From Patescibacteria group bacterium (GTDB lineage Bacteria; Patescibacteriota; Patescibacteriia; Patescibacteriales; JBAZCA01), in assembly GCA_041661405.1 (NCBI GenBank), contig JBAZUL010000003.1:20707-84706 (forward strand): DNA of 64,000 nucleotides, written 5' to 3'. The notes beneath the pieces are model-generated. The model made no database searches and was not told the DNA's origin. It saw nothing but the letters and a program-made list of their open reading frames with translations. Shown one piece after another: positions 19,074 through 29,465 of this stretch; position 1 is the stretch's first letter; every line of letters starts with the position of its first letter. A program made the position numbers and the translations under genes.

Positions 19074-19985
19074 TCATTTAAAGTCTTCTGTTTTTTTATT
19101 AAACGCGTCGCGATCAGACTTCGAGATCAAGTAAATATTGTCGCTGTCGGCGCGCTTGGCAAAGTATTGGCTCTGGCCGTTGTCTTTGCCGATCATGATG
19201 GCGCCTTTAACGCCATCACCGCTAAACTCAACGATTATCAGATTCTTTTCCAGGTCAGTTCCGCTGAACTTCTGGGGCGGAATGGCTTCAGCTTGCAAGT
19301 CGGCAAGGGCGGTTAATATCGAATCTATTTTTTCTTCTTTTACATCAAAAGAAATGGGCGAGACTCCTTTCCATTTTCCGTCTTTTTTCTCTAAAATAAA
19401 TTCCCGGTCCGGATAATGGAATCTGATCTTTGCTATTTTATCCTTATCAAACGCCAATAGCGTCCTGTCCCGCCACTCATAAGGCAAAAACGCGGCGGAT
19501 AATCGGACGGAAATAGCGTAAGTATTATCATCACCCTCTTTGCCGATATAAACTCCGGAATAATCGCCGGTCATCTTGCCGACAATAAAACTTCCCGACT
19601 CATTTCCGCCCTGATAAAACCTCACTTCAGTTCCAAATTCCTTATCAAGATCAAAATCGCTTTTTTTATCTTTATTGGCGCTCGCGATTTCCAATCTCGC
19701 GGACTGGGCTTTTCTAAATTCAGTCTCCAGTTCATTTATCACTTCCGGGTCGGCAAAAAATTTTCCCTCGCCTTCCACTTTCCAGCGCTCCCCTTCCTTA
19801 ACCAGCTTAACAATTTTTTCATTTCTAGCGATTTCAATTCTTTCAACCCGGTTAATATCCATTGCCGCTAAAAAATTCTTCGGCACCCGCCTTTTATCGT
19901 TCCAATCGCGAACCGGACCGGTCAATAGATAAGCGCCCCCGGCCAGAACGATTAATATTACCAATAATTTAATATTTTTCATCAT
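19074..19985 (-). CDS. DUF4340-like secreted/anchored protein, partner of the GldG-type ABC system
   Basis: 303 aa with an N-terminal anchor, MMKNIKLLVILIVLAGGAYLL. The repeated beta-rich modules and the position immediately after a GldG-like gene match the usual DUF4340 context. Confidence 0.65.
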   Translation of the reverse strand: MMKNIKLLVILIVLAGGAYLLTGPVRDWNDKRRVPKNFLAAMDINRVERIEIARNEKIVKLVKEGERWKVEGEGKFFADPEVINELETEFRKAQSARLEIASANKDKKSDFDLDKEFGTEVRFYQGGNESGSFIVGKMTGDYSGVYIGKEGDDNTYAISVRLSAAFLPYEWRDRTLLAFDKDKIAKIRFHYPDREFILEKKDGKWKGVSPISFDVKEEKIDSILTALADLQAEAIPPQKFSGTDLEKNLIIVEFSGDGVKGAIMIGKDNGQSQYFAKRADSDNIYLISKSDRDAFNKKTEDFK

Positions 19986-20010
19986 CTTTTTTTATTTTTT
20001 TTAATAGCTT

Positions 20011-21528
20011 TCATACCTCGCTCTTCTTTCGCCTTCTTCGCGAAACATATCTTATGGTTCCCAAGACAATTACTAAAATCGTAATTCCAAAAACATTGCC
20101 GTAGCGCGCGGCCGCCTTTCCGGTTTCGGACAATTCTTTTATCGGCCGGCTGGAAATCGCCTTGGATCGGATGTTTATGAGATCCTCGTCAAGGCTTAAT
20201 AAGTCCGCGAGATTTTGGAACAACGCGAGATTATCCGGCGCGTTGCGGAGGAAGCTGTCTTTGATAAAATCGCTGTCCCCGACCACTGCCATCCTTGAAG
20301 AAAAAGTTTTTCCGTTTTCGTAAGCAGACGTAAAATTTCCGACCGCGAGCGCGGCCAGGCTGTATTTTCCCCGGCCGTCAGCCGGCGCCGGTATGTTTTG
20401 CGGGCTTAAATTAAAGCCGTCAGAAACTTTCCAGCTCTTTTCCGAACTCATGATTAGATTAGATACTCTAGTATCTTTATCCATTTTATCTTTTATAATA
20501 TCCACACCAGACACCCATGGCAGTACAACGGTTTCAAGATTGGCGACCGCCGAAATATCCTTGTCAAACCCTTCCTTTAAAATTTTCGGCCAATACGGGT
20601 ATTCTACGGAAAAAGCTATAAACCCTTGGTTAAAGGAGGCAACGCCCGACTGCTGGTCCAAAATCAGGTTATTTTCAACCTTTATCCCATATTTCGCGAG
20701 CAGTCCTTCCAGCCCGGTAATGTTCTTCTCGGCGCTTAGCCCGTCGCCGACTTTTACTCCGTCAATAAGGGCGAGAAGGTTCCCTCCGCCAGAGAGGAAG
20801 CTATCAATCGCTTTCAGCGCCTTATCATCAAATTTTTCCATCGGCCCGGCAATAATCAGGGTCTTTAAGTTTTTCGGTATTTCACCCGTTGATTTTAAAT
20901 CCACTTCTTCGGCTTCATATATTTCCGCGAGCTTTTTCGCGGCAATGCTTCTTTGTTCCGGCGCGACCGTTCCATAACCCGCGAGCCAGCCTAAACCCGG
21001 CGTTTCTCTAGCCGCGGCTTTTTTAATAGCCGCGGTAATCCGGTATTCAAGGTCTTCAGTCCCCTCTATTACCGGAATAACCTCGGTTTTATCGCCATAG
21101 CCGATAGTCATGCCCATATAGCCTTCCGTAACCTGATATTTGTCTTTTTCAACGACATTAAGCTGCAGGGGCGGAATACCGGCCGCGTAAATCCTGGATT
21201 TTAATTCTTCGTCATTTCCCGGATCAATAAATTCCACTTTTATTTTTCCCCGGCCGTAAGTTTCATATTCGGCGAGAATGTCGGCTACTTCCTGCCTTAA
21301 GGCGATAAACTGGGCTGGAAGGTTTTCGGAAAAATAGGCTTTGATACTGACAACGTCATCCAAATTTCCGGCCGTGTCCTTGGAAGCTTTGGAAATGGAA
21401 AAGTCATTAGTTTCGGTAATATCCAGGCGGTAAAACATTTGGTAAGAAATAAAATTAATCACGCCTAAAATCGCGATGACAAGGATTATGGTTATGGATT
21501 TATTTAATTTTACTAAAATTTTACTCAT
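20011..21528 (-). CDS. GldG-like ABC-transport auxiliary protein
   Basis: 505 aa with N- and C-terminal TM anchors flanking a large external domain. It follows an ABC-2 permease and an ATPase, as in gldA/F/G-type operons. Confidence 0.7.
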   Translation of the reverse strand: MSKILVKLNKSITIILVIAILGVINFISYQMFYRLDITETNDFSISKASKDTAGNLDDVVSIKAYFSENLPAQFIALRQEVADILAEYETYGRGKIKVEFIDPGNDEELKSRIYAAGIPPLQLNVVEKDKYQVTEGYMGMTIGYGDKTEVIPVIEGTEDLEYRITAAIKKAAARETPGLGWLAGYGTVAPEQRSIAAKKLAEIYEAEEVDLKSTGEIPKNLKTLIIAGPMEKFDDKALKAIDSFLSGGGNLLALIDGVKVGDGLSAEKNITGLEGLLAKYGIKVENNLILDQQSGVASFNQGFIAFSVEYPYWPKILKEGFDKDISAVANLETVVLPWVSGVDIIKDKMDKDTRVSNLIMSSEKSWKVSDGFNLSPQNIPAPADGRGKYSLAALAVGNFTSAYENGKTFSSRMAVVGDSDFIKDSFLRNAPDNLALFQNLADLLSLDEDLINIRSKAISSRPIKELSETGKAAARYGNVFGITILVIVLGTIRYVSRRRRKKSEV

Positions 21529-21567
21529 ATCGCGCTGTTCACGTTTTTAATTTACGGCAAAATTTAG

Positions 21568-21606
21568 ATACCAGATACATAATACTAAATACAAAATACC
21601 AGATAC
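21568..21606 (-). repeat. six ATAC-cored heptads in the permease-gldG spacer
   Basis: ATACCAG ATACATA ATACTAA ATACAAA ATACCAG ATAC. ATAC occurs at 21568, 21575, 21582, 21589, 21596 and 21603, an exact 7-nt period. The last unit overlaps the TAG stop of the permease gene. Confidence 0.85.
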
Positions 21607-22334
21607 TATTTCCTCTCCTCTATCACTTTTACATTCAGCCACAAAAACAAAAATATGAATGACAAATAATAGAGGATGTCCCTCGTGTCAATCACTCCTT
21701 TGGCAATATTGTAAAAATGGCTGCCCAATCCGAGAAAACGCATTGTTGGCTGTAAAATTTTCGGCGCGCCGGAAACGGCAAAATCAGCGCCGACGATAAA
21801 CGCGGCAAAGCAGGCGGCGAGCGCCAGGACAAAAGCGATTATCTGGTTGCGGGTCAAGGAAGAAATAAAAAGCCCGAGAGCCAGATACGATCCGCCTAAA
21901 AGCAAAGCGCCGAGATAGCCGCCAATCATCGGACCCGGATCAATATTGCCGAGAAAAGCGATTGTTATTGGCAGGCTTGCTGACAAAAGAAGAGTAATTA
22001 TTAAGAAAGCCAGAGCGCCGAAAAACTTGGCTAAAACCGCTTCCGAATCTTTAATCGGCAGGGTTAAAAGGAATTCAATGGTTCCGGTTTTCCGCTCCTC
22101 CGCCCAAAGCCTCATGGTAAGAGCCGGGGCGAGGAATAAAAACATCCACGGCAGGAGGGAGAAATAATTTCTCATGGAAGCCTGGCCGGCCAGGAAGAAA
22201 GAATTAAAATAAAGCCAGTTCCCGGCGATCAAAAAAACCGCGATAAAAATATATGCGATGGGCGAATTGAAGTAGGACCAAAGCTCTTTTTTAAACAGGA
22301 TGTAAATATTTCTCACGCTATCAGACTTAAACAT
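21606..22334 (-). CDS. ABC-2 type transporter permease (GldF-like)
   Basis: 242 aa with six predicted TM helices. It sits directly downstream of the ATPase. Confidence 0.8.
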   Translation of the reverse strand: MFKSDSVRNIYILFKKELWSYFNSPIAYIFIAVFLIAGNWLYFNSFFLAGQASMRNYFSLLPWMFLFLAPALTMRLWAEERKTGTIEFLLTLPIKDSEAVLAKFFGALAFLIITLLLSASLPITIAFLGNIDPGPMIGGYLGALLLGGSYLALGLFISSLTRNQIIAFVLALAACFAAFIVGADFAVSGAPKILQPTMRFLGLGSHFYNIAKGVIDTRDILYYLSFIFLFLWLNVKVIEERK

Positions 22335-22348
22335 AAATAATTTAAAAT

Positions 22349-23278
22349 TTATTTCGTCAGCTCCCTGAACACGTCTTCCAGTGAAACGCTTTTTTTAGAA
22401 AATTCCAGTATGCTCCAGCCGCTATTCATGATCGTCATGGATAAATATTCCCTTAAATCAACGCCGGGCTTTGGTTCAATTTCGTAGCCGTAAATTTCGT
22501 CCGATTCCCTGTCTTTTACTTCCGCCCGCCCGACGTTTTCCATGGCCATGATTTTTTCCAAAACCGCGCCGCGCGGGCCTTTGATTTTTACGTAAATCAA
22601 ATCCTTGCCCGCGAACCGGCGCGCGAGCTCGTCCGGAGTCCCTTCGCCAACGATTTTTCCTTTATTAATAATCACCGCCCGGTCGCAAATCGCCGCCGCT
22701 TCGGCGAGAATATGGGTGGAAAAAATTACGGTTTTTTCTTTGCCTAAATTTTTAATGAGTTCGCGGATTTCGGCGATTTGGTTCGGATCCAGGCCGGTCG
22801 TCGGCTCGTCTAAAATCAGAATCTCCGGATCATGGATTATTGCCTGGGCGAGACCCGTCCGCTGGCGGTAGCCTTTGGACAGTTCGTCAATGGGGCGGTC
22901 GTAAACATCTTTTAAGCCGCAGGACGCGACAGTCTCCCTGATCCTTTCTTTTATCTTTTCTTTCGGAATTTTTCTTATCTCGGCGGCGAATTTCAGATAC
23001 TCGCTCACTTTCATGTCGTCATAAAGCGGGACATTTTCCGGCAGATAGCCGATTTTTTTTCGGGTCTCAAGCGAATTATTCTTAACCTCCAGCCCGTCCA
23101 CTAAAACGCTCCCTTCAGTCGCTGACCAAAACGAGGTGATAATTTTCATGGTAGAGGTTTTTCCGGCGCCGTTCGACCCGAGAAAACCCAAAATTTCTCC
23201 CTTTTTCACGGAGAATGAGATGTTATCTAAAATAGTGCCATCGCCGAGTTTTTTTGTGAGATTTTGAATTTCAATCAT
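22349..23278 (-). CDS. ABC transporter ATP-binding protein (GldA-like)
   Basis: Walker A GSNGAGKTS, signature LSKGYRQR, Walker B ILILDEPTTGLD. I start it at ATG 23278 (MIEIQNLTKKLG) rather than the ORF-track start 23323, whose 15 extra codons are atypical. Confidence 0.92.
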   Translation of the reverse strand: MIEIQNLTKKLGDGTILDNISFSVKKGEILGFLGSNGAGKTSTMKIITSFWSATEGSVLVDGLEVKNNSLETRKKIGYLPENVPLYDDMKVSEYLKFAAEIRKIPKEKIKERIRETVASCGLKDVYDRPIDELSKGYRQRTGLAQAIIHDPEILILDEPTTGLDPNQIAEIRELIKNLGKEKTVIFSTHILAEAAAICDRAVIINKGKIVGEGTPDELARRFAGKDLIYVKIKGPRGAVLEKIMAMENVGRAEVKDRESDEIYGYEIEPKPGVDLREYLSMTIMNSGWSILEFSKKSVSLEDVFRELTK

Positions 23279-23343
23279 GTAAGAAAAATAGCTTATAGCG
23301 CACAAAAAATGTTCACTATTCACTATTTACTGCTTACTGTTGT

Positions 23344-23838
23344 CTATTTTCTATCTTTATACTCCCTTATCGCCTCCACTACCTTTGATTCGGGTTTTAA
23401 ATTCTCCACGAACAGGACATGCTCAAGGTTCACGGACATGTTGTCTTCCGGGCCGTGAATTTCATTGCCTAATTTTACCAAAGAAAAATTTTCCGTGTCA
23501 ATACTTTCCGGATTCGCCTTTTCCGGCGTTTCTCCAGCACCCCCTTCGCTCGCCTGCAAGGTCTGGACGGTTTTTAAATAATATATGTCCTCAATCAACA
23601 GAGTTTCCGGAGTAACGTCAGCCACCCGGCCAAAATATACTTGGCCGTTTGATAAAAATATCGCCTGATACCTGTCCGGATTAACCCAGTTTGAAAGGCG
23701 GTTGAATTTTTTTGAGCTGTAAAAAAGAAAATCAGCGACCATCAGCATGATGATCACGCAAACGATAATAACCACCGCCCAAAAAATGGTCTTTTTGCTC
23801 CGCGAATTGCCTGATAAAATTTCGGTAATGTTTGGCAT
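23344..23838 (-). CDS. hypothetical N-terminally anchored protein
   Basis: 164 aa with a single TM helix (IFWAVVIIVCVIIMLMVADFLF) followed by a soluble domain. No recognisable motif. Confidence 0.6.
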   Translation of the reverse strand: MPNITEILSGNSRSKKTIFWAVVIIVCVIIMLMVADFLFYSSKKFNRLSNWVNPDRYQAIFLSNGQVYFGRVADVTPETLLIEDIYYLKTVQTLQASEGGAGETPEKANPESIDTENFSLVKLGNEIHGPEDNMSVNLEHVLFVENLKPESKVVEAIREYKDRK

Positions 23839-23864
23839 AATTGTTAAATTTGCGAATCAATTAA

Positions 23865-24899
23865 TTAATTATCTTCCGCCATCCGATGGTCAAAAATATC
23901 CTGGATAAAAACGCTGGCGGCCGTCGCGACCGGGATGGAAAGGATGGCTCCGGCTATGCCCGCTAACTGAAAACCGATTAAAAGCACGGCAATGCTTACG
24001 ATCGGATTCAGCCCCACGGCTTTTTGCATGATTTTCGGAACCAAGACGTTATTTTCGGTAAACTGGACTAAATAATAGAAAACCGCGGTAACGAGCGCGA
24101 GCATCGGAGAAACGGAAAAAGCGATTAAAACCGCCGGTATTGCCCCCATGATCGGCCCGAGATATGGAATAAATTCGGTAATCCCGGCGATCAGGGCGAG
24201 CACCAAAGCGTATTTTATACCGAGTATTTTCAGGCCGATATAGACAAGCAAGCCGACGGCAAAGCATAATACGAGCTGGCCGCGAAGCCAAAGGCCGATT
24301 TTTTTCTGCATCCGGCCGACTAAATCAAGGGCGTAAGGCTGGTGCTTAAAAGGAATAATGGATCGGACGATTTTTTTCATGGCATTATCTTCAACCGCCA
24401 TGTAAAAAGTTACGACCAAAGTCAGGAAAAAAGAAAAAATACTGCCGAACACTCCGGTTACCGTGGAAAATACGTTGCCGGCGTTCGTTTCCAGTCCCGA
24501 TCGGACGGCGTCCAGGGCGCCTTTAATGCTCTCCAGGGTTCCTCCTTCCTGAACGCTGAAAAACGAATAGCCTTTAATGATTTTATTTATGTAATCGGGA
24601 AAGTTTTCCGACAAATCCCGGACCTGCTCCGAGATCGGCGGAATCATCAGATAAATAATTGAGCCGAACAGGATAAGCAAAGCCAGGTAAATAAAAATCA
24701 CGCCCAAAGTGCGGGGAATTTTCCGCTTCTGCATCCAGTCCACTAAGGGACCGATGGCGGCCGCGAAAACCAGGGAAACAAAAAAAACCACGAGAATATC
24801 GCGAATTAAAAACATGATATAGATCAAAAAGCCTATCAGGATCACTTTTACCAAGGTGACGGTAGAAATATTTATGTTGGTATAGCGGTTTGATTCCAT
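23865..24899 (-). CDS. AI-2E family transporter (PerM/UPF0118)
   Basis: 344 aa with about 8 TM helices. The conserved-looking C-terminal half has EFIPYLGPIMGAIPAVLIA. Confidence 0.85.
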   Translation of the reverse strand: MESNRYTNINISTVTLVKVILIGFLIYIMFLIRDILVVFFVSLVFAAAIGPLVDWMQKRKIPRTLGVIFIYLALLILFGSIIYLMIPPISEQVRDLSENFPDYINKIIKGYSFFSVQEGGTLESIKGALDAVRSGLETNAGNVFSTVTGVFGSIFSFFLTLVVTFYMAVEDNAMKKIVRSIIPFKHQPYALDLVGRMQKKIGLWLRGQLVLCFAVGLLVYIGLKILGIKYALVLALIAGITEFIPYLGPIMGAIPAVLIAFSVSPMLALVTAVFYYLVQFTENNVLVPKIMQKAVGLNPIVSIAVLLIGFQLAGIAGAILSIPVATAASVFIQDIFDHRMAEDN

Positions 24900-24927
24900 A
24901 TTATTTCGCCAATTTATTATTATTCAT

Positions 24928-24956
24928 ATTATACGCTATCATCAAGTCTTAAGCAA
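24928..24956 (-). promoter_or_regulatory. putative sigma70-type promoter for the AI-2E transporter gene
   Basis: The minus strand reads TTGCTT-N17-TATAAT (-35 at 24951..24956, -10 at 24928..24933), about 30 nt upstream of ATG 24899. Confidence 0.45.
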
Positions 24957-25011
24957 CAGTTTTCATCGCGACGAATTTTAGAATCCGGCGGCTTTCCATA
25001 ATCCATCCCGG

Positions 25012-25050
25012 CATAAAAAACACAAAAAAGCGCCCCGATTAAGGGCGCTT
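25012..25050 (-). terminator. Rho-independent terminator after groEL
   Basis: 8-bp stem AAGCGCCC/GGGCGCTT (25028..25035 and 25043..25050) followed on the minus strand by TTTTTTGTGTTTTTT. Confidence 0.75.
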
Positions 25051-25095
25051 CAAATATTCGTTTTATTCGTCTAAAATTCGAGCGGATTCGCGATT

Positions 25096-26793
<1,698 letters not shown>

Positions 26794-26839
26794 CTATGAA
26801 TTTTTCAATTTAACAATAATCAATGCTGTAATTTTTGAA

Positions 26840-27148
26840 TTATTCCAAAACCGCGATAATATCGCTTTCGCTTAAAACCAGATATTCAACGTCGTCAATT
26901 TTTACCTCATCCGGCGAATACTTTTTAAAAATAACTTTGTCTCCGACCTTGACGCTCATCGGCGCGCGGCTTCCGTTATCCAAAAGTTTTCCTTCGCCAA
27001 CGGCGACTACTTCCCCGCGTTCCGGCCGTTCCTTATCAACGGTATCCGGTAAAACGATTCCTGATTTTGTCACCTCTTCCTTAGAAGCGGGTTTTACGAC
27101 AACATTCGCGTGAATAGGCTTTATTTTCATAATTTCATCATATCCCAT
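26840..27148 (-). CDS. groS: co-chaperonin GroES
   Basis: MKIKPIHANVVVKPASKEEVTKSGIVLPDT...VGDKVIFKKY...DVEYLVLSESDIIAVLE. The start is either 27148 or ATG 27130. Confidence 0.95.
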   Translation of the reverse strand: MGYDEIMKIKPIHANVVVKPASKEEVTKSGIVLPDTVDKERPERGEVVAVGEGKLLDNGSRAPMSVKVGDKVIFKKYSPDEVKIDDVEYLVLSESDIIAVLE

Positions 27149-27230
27149 AGCTCGTAAAGGCGGCGTTCATACTTAGCGTTTCGCGAATTACGGCCGGGCG
27201 ATTTTATTAATATAAAAAGCTAAATTTTGA

Positions 27231-27257
27231 TTAGCACTCTGACTCCTAGTCTGCTAA
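27231..27257 (-). promoter_or_regulatory. CIRCE-like (HrcA operator) inverted repeat upstream of groES
   Basis: TTAGCACTC-N9-GTCTGCTAA versus the consensus TTAGCACTC-N9-GAGTGCTAA (2 mismatches in one arm). It lies just downstream of the predicted -10. Confidence 0.7.
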
Positions 27258-27267
27258 ATTCAACCAT

Positions 27268-27296
27268 ATTTTAGCCCGAAGAATTTTTCTTGTCAA
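27268..27296 (-). promoter_or_regulatory. sigma70-type promoter of groES-groEL
   Basis: The minus strand reads TTGACA-N17-TAAAAT (-35 at 27291..27296, -10 at 27268..27273). Confidence 0.65.
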
Positions 27297-27315
27297 GAGG
27301 GAGCGGGAATGTTTG

Positions 27316-28449
27316 TTAAATGATGAATCCTCGCATGTCGTCCGGACAAATAATTTGATAGGAACTATCCTGATACTCCAGCCATTTTAAGGACGGCCTG
27401 CTCGTTTTCTTTTTTTTATTCCATTTAAATTCAAACCCATAAAGCCTCCCTTCCCTTTCTTCAACTAAATCAACTTCCGCGCCGTCGTAAGTCCGCCAAA
27501 AATAATTATTCGCGTAGATTTTATGATAAGCTTGATATTTAAGCCTTTCTGCTACAAGAAAATTTTCCCATAATACCCCTTTGTCATTTCTTTCGCCCAA
27601 TGCGTTAAAATTATTGATTATTGCATTTCTTATTCCCAGGTCATAAAAATAAATTTTTCTTAACTTTGAGATTTCCCTTCTTTTGTTTTTGGCGTACGGG
27701 GGCAAACGAAAAATAATATAACTTTTTTCCAGCAAATCAACGTATCTTTCAACTGTATTTTTATCAATTCCCACTAAACTGGAAATTTCGGTATAAGAAA
27801 CTTCGTGACCGATTTGCAGAGCCAGAGCTTTTAGCAGATTCAAAATTATCGTTGAATTTTTTATTTCCTGAAATTCCAGTATGTCCCTGTACAGACTGCT
27901 TGAAGACAATTCTTTTAAAAGTTCTTTTTTTTCGTCAAATGAACTTTTTGTTACGACATCCGGATAATTTCCGTAAATCAGATAATTTTCTATCTCTTTG
28001 GAAATTTTTAAGTAATCTTTACTGGGATATATTTCTTCAAGGCTGAGCGTAAAAAGATGATAAACGAATTTTCTTCCCGTGAGCGCTTCCTGAGTTTTAT
28101 CCAATAAATTAATACTGGAGGATCCGGTCGCTATGATTTGCTTTTTATCTTTAAAATAGTCCGCCAACAATTTTAATGTCTGGCCGATGGTTTCAACTTT
28201 TTGGCCTTCATCTATTAAAATAATTTCGGCATCCCCTATCAGAAGTTCCAGATACTCTAAATCTTTGTTATTTAACAATTCCCGGTCAGTGGGATTATCG
28301 CAATTAAAAATTTTAACTTTTTTATTGGCTTCGCTTAATATTTCTCCGGCCAAAGTTGTTTTTCCTGTTTGTCTGGCGCCGGTAATTATTACGGCTTTGC
28401 CTTTAAATAATTTTTCCTGGATTTGCTCTTTTAAAAGTCTTTTATACAT
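27316..28449 (-). CDS. AAA+ ATPase with DUF4143-like C-terminal domain
   Basis: 377 aa with Walker A GARQTGKTTL and Walker B-like IILIDEGQ. The C-terminal half (RDILEFQEI..., YFYDLGIRN, YFWRT..GAEVDLV) matches the common ATPase-DUF4143 architecture. Confidence 0.8.
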   Translation of the reverse strand: MYKRLLKEQIQEKLFKGKAVIITGARQTGKTTLAGEILSEANKKVKIFNCDNPTDRELLNNKDLEYLELLIGDAEIILIDEGQKVETIGQTLKLLADYFKDKKQIIATGSSSINLLDKTQEALTGRKFVYHLFTLSLEEIYPSKDYLKISKEIENYLIYGNYPDVVTKSSFDEKKELLKELSSSSLYRDILEFQEIKNSTIILNLLKALALQIGHEVSYTEISSLVGIDKNTVERYVDLLEKSYIIFRLPPYAKNKRREISKLRKIYFYDLGIRNAIINNFNALGERNDKGVLWENFLVAERLKYQAYHKIYANNYFWRTYDGAEVDLVEEREGRLYGFEFKWNKKKKTSRPSLKWLEYQDSSYQIICPDDMRGFII

Positions 28450-28582
28450 ATATGCGTAATTTAGTGATTACATTCACTACTTTACGCCTATTTTAAAAAT
28501 AAGTCAAATATAAAAATTTCCATAAATTTTATTATTCTAATATCATTTTTAACACAAATTCTGATATTAAGCCTGAATTTAG

Positions 28583-28622
28583 TAAAAAAACACCGCGGGT
28601 CTCAAAATGACGACACCGCGGT
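28583..28622 (-). terminator. second of two tandem Rho-independent terminators after the atp/NTF2 unit
   Basis: Stem ACCGCGG/CCGCGGT (28592..28598 and 28616..28622), then TTTTTTT on the minus strand (28584..28590). Confidence 0.55.
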
Positions 28623-28669
28623 AATAGTTGTTTGCGTTTAATAGTCTTTTATACACATTATGTGTAACG

Positions 28670-28706
28670 GGAATAAAAATCCCCGAAGACGGGTTGGCCT
28701 TCGGGG
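28670..28706 (-). terminator. Rho-independent terminator directly after the tandem NTF2-like gene
   Basis: Perfect 8-bp GC-rich stem CCCCGAAG/CTTCGGGG (28681..28688 and 28699..28706), followed on the minus strand by ATTTTTATT. Confidence 0.75.
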
Positions 28707-28733
28707 CATAGCTGTTAAAAACGTCTTAAATAA

Positions 28734-29441
28734 TTATTCGTGGCTCGGTCTCATTGATAAATGATGCTGAATTATTTCCCATTCTCCTGAATCATCTTTT
28801 TTCCAGGTGATAGTAAACCTGGCCTCTCTACCGTCAGAAAGATTATACATCCCCGAATGAAGATAGCTATTGTCAGAGAGCTTCTGAACCGCGTCTTCGC
28901 TAATTACGCCGATATTGTTTTCGGAAAAATACTTAGCAAAATATGCCTGCTCATTATCTTCTTCGGGATTGCCGGACAGCTTAACATCCAACCTGAATCC
29001 ATTCTCCAGTTCAAATTTCTTTTCATCATTTCTCGCGGAAGAATGGTGATGATCTACTTCCCACTCACCTGCCTCATTTTTTTTCCAGACATAAGAAAAT
29101 TCCGCTTCTACAACCGCTCTTCCTTCTTCAGCATCTACGGTAAAATTATATTTACCCGAGTGAACATAGCAATCCGCCGAAATAACATCAACTTTTCCTT
29201 CAATAATCTCGCCTTCGGGATTTTTCTCAAGAAAATGTTTAAAGTATTCCTTTGCTCCGTCTTTTCCTCTCTTAAAATCGCCCGAAACTGTCGGAAGAAA
29301 GGTATTTTTTTCCGTATAAAGGGACGCGACTTTTTCCGCTTTACCGGATAAAAGCTGATCGTTCCATTTTGAAAAATTTTCTTTGGCAATCTGCTCCATT
29401 GTTTCTTGTTCTGGATTAATAATAGTTTTAACTTCGTTCAT
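28734..29441 (-). CDS. tandem NTF2-like (SnoaL/DUF4440/CaMKII-association-domain-like) protein
   Basis: 235 aa with two repeats. Each ends in W(K)K..(A/S)GEWE(V/I)..HH.S: FSYVWKKNEAGEWEVDHHHSS and FTITWKKDDSGEWEIIQHHLS. It starts 24 nt after the atpC stop. Confidence 0.65.
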   Translation of the reverse strand: MNEVKTIINPEQETMEQIAKENFSKWNDQLLSGKAEKVASLYTEKNTFLPTVSGDFKRGKDGAKEYFKHFLEKNPEGEIIEGKVDVISADCYVHSGKYNFTVDAEEGRAVVEAEFSYVWKKNEAGEWEVDHHHSSARNDEKKFELENGFRLDVKLSGNPEEDNEQAYFAKYFSENNIGVISEDAVQKLSDNSYLHSGMYNLSDGREARFTITWKKDDSGEWEIIQHHLSMRPSHE

Positions 29442-29465
29442 AATTTATTTATCAAAAATATTAAT

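Noticed and set aside
23279-23323. 15-codon N-terminal extension of the ABC ATPase ORF
   Set aside because: ABC ATPases of this type begin a few residues before the beta-strand MIEIQNLTK. The extension (MNSEHFLCAISYFSY) is atypical, and the internal ATG was verified at 23278.
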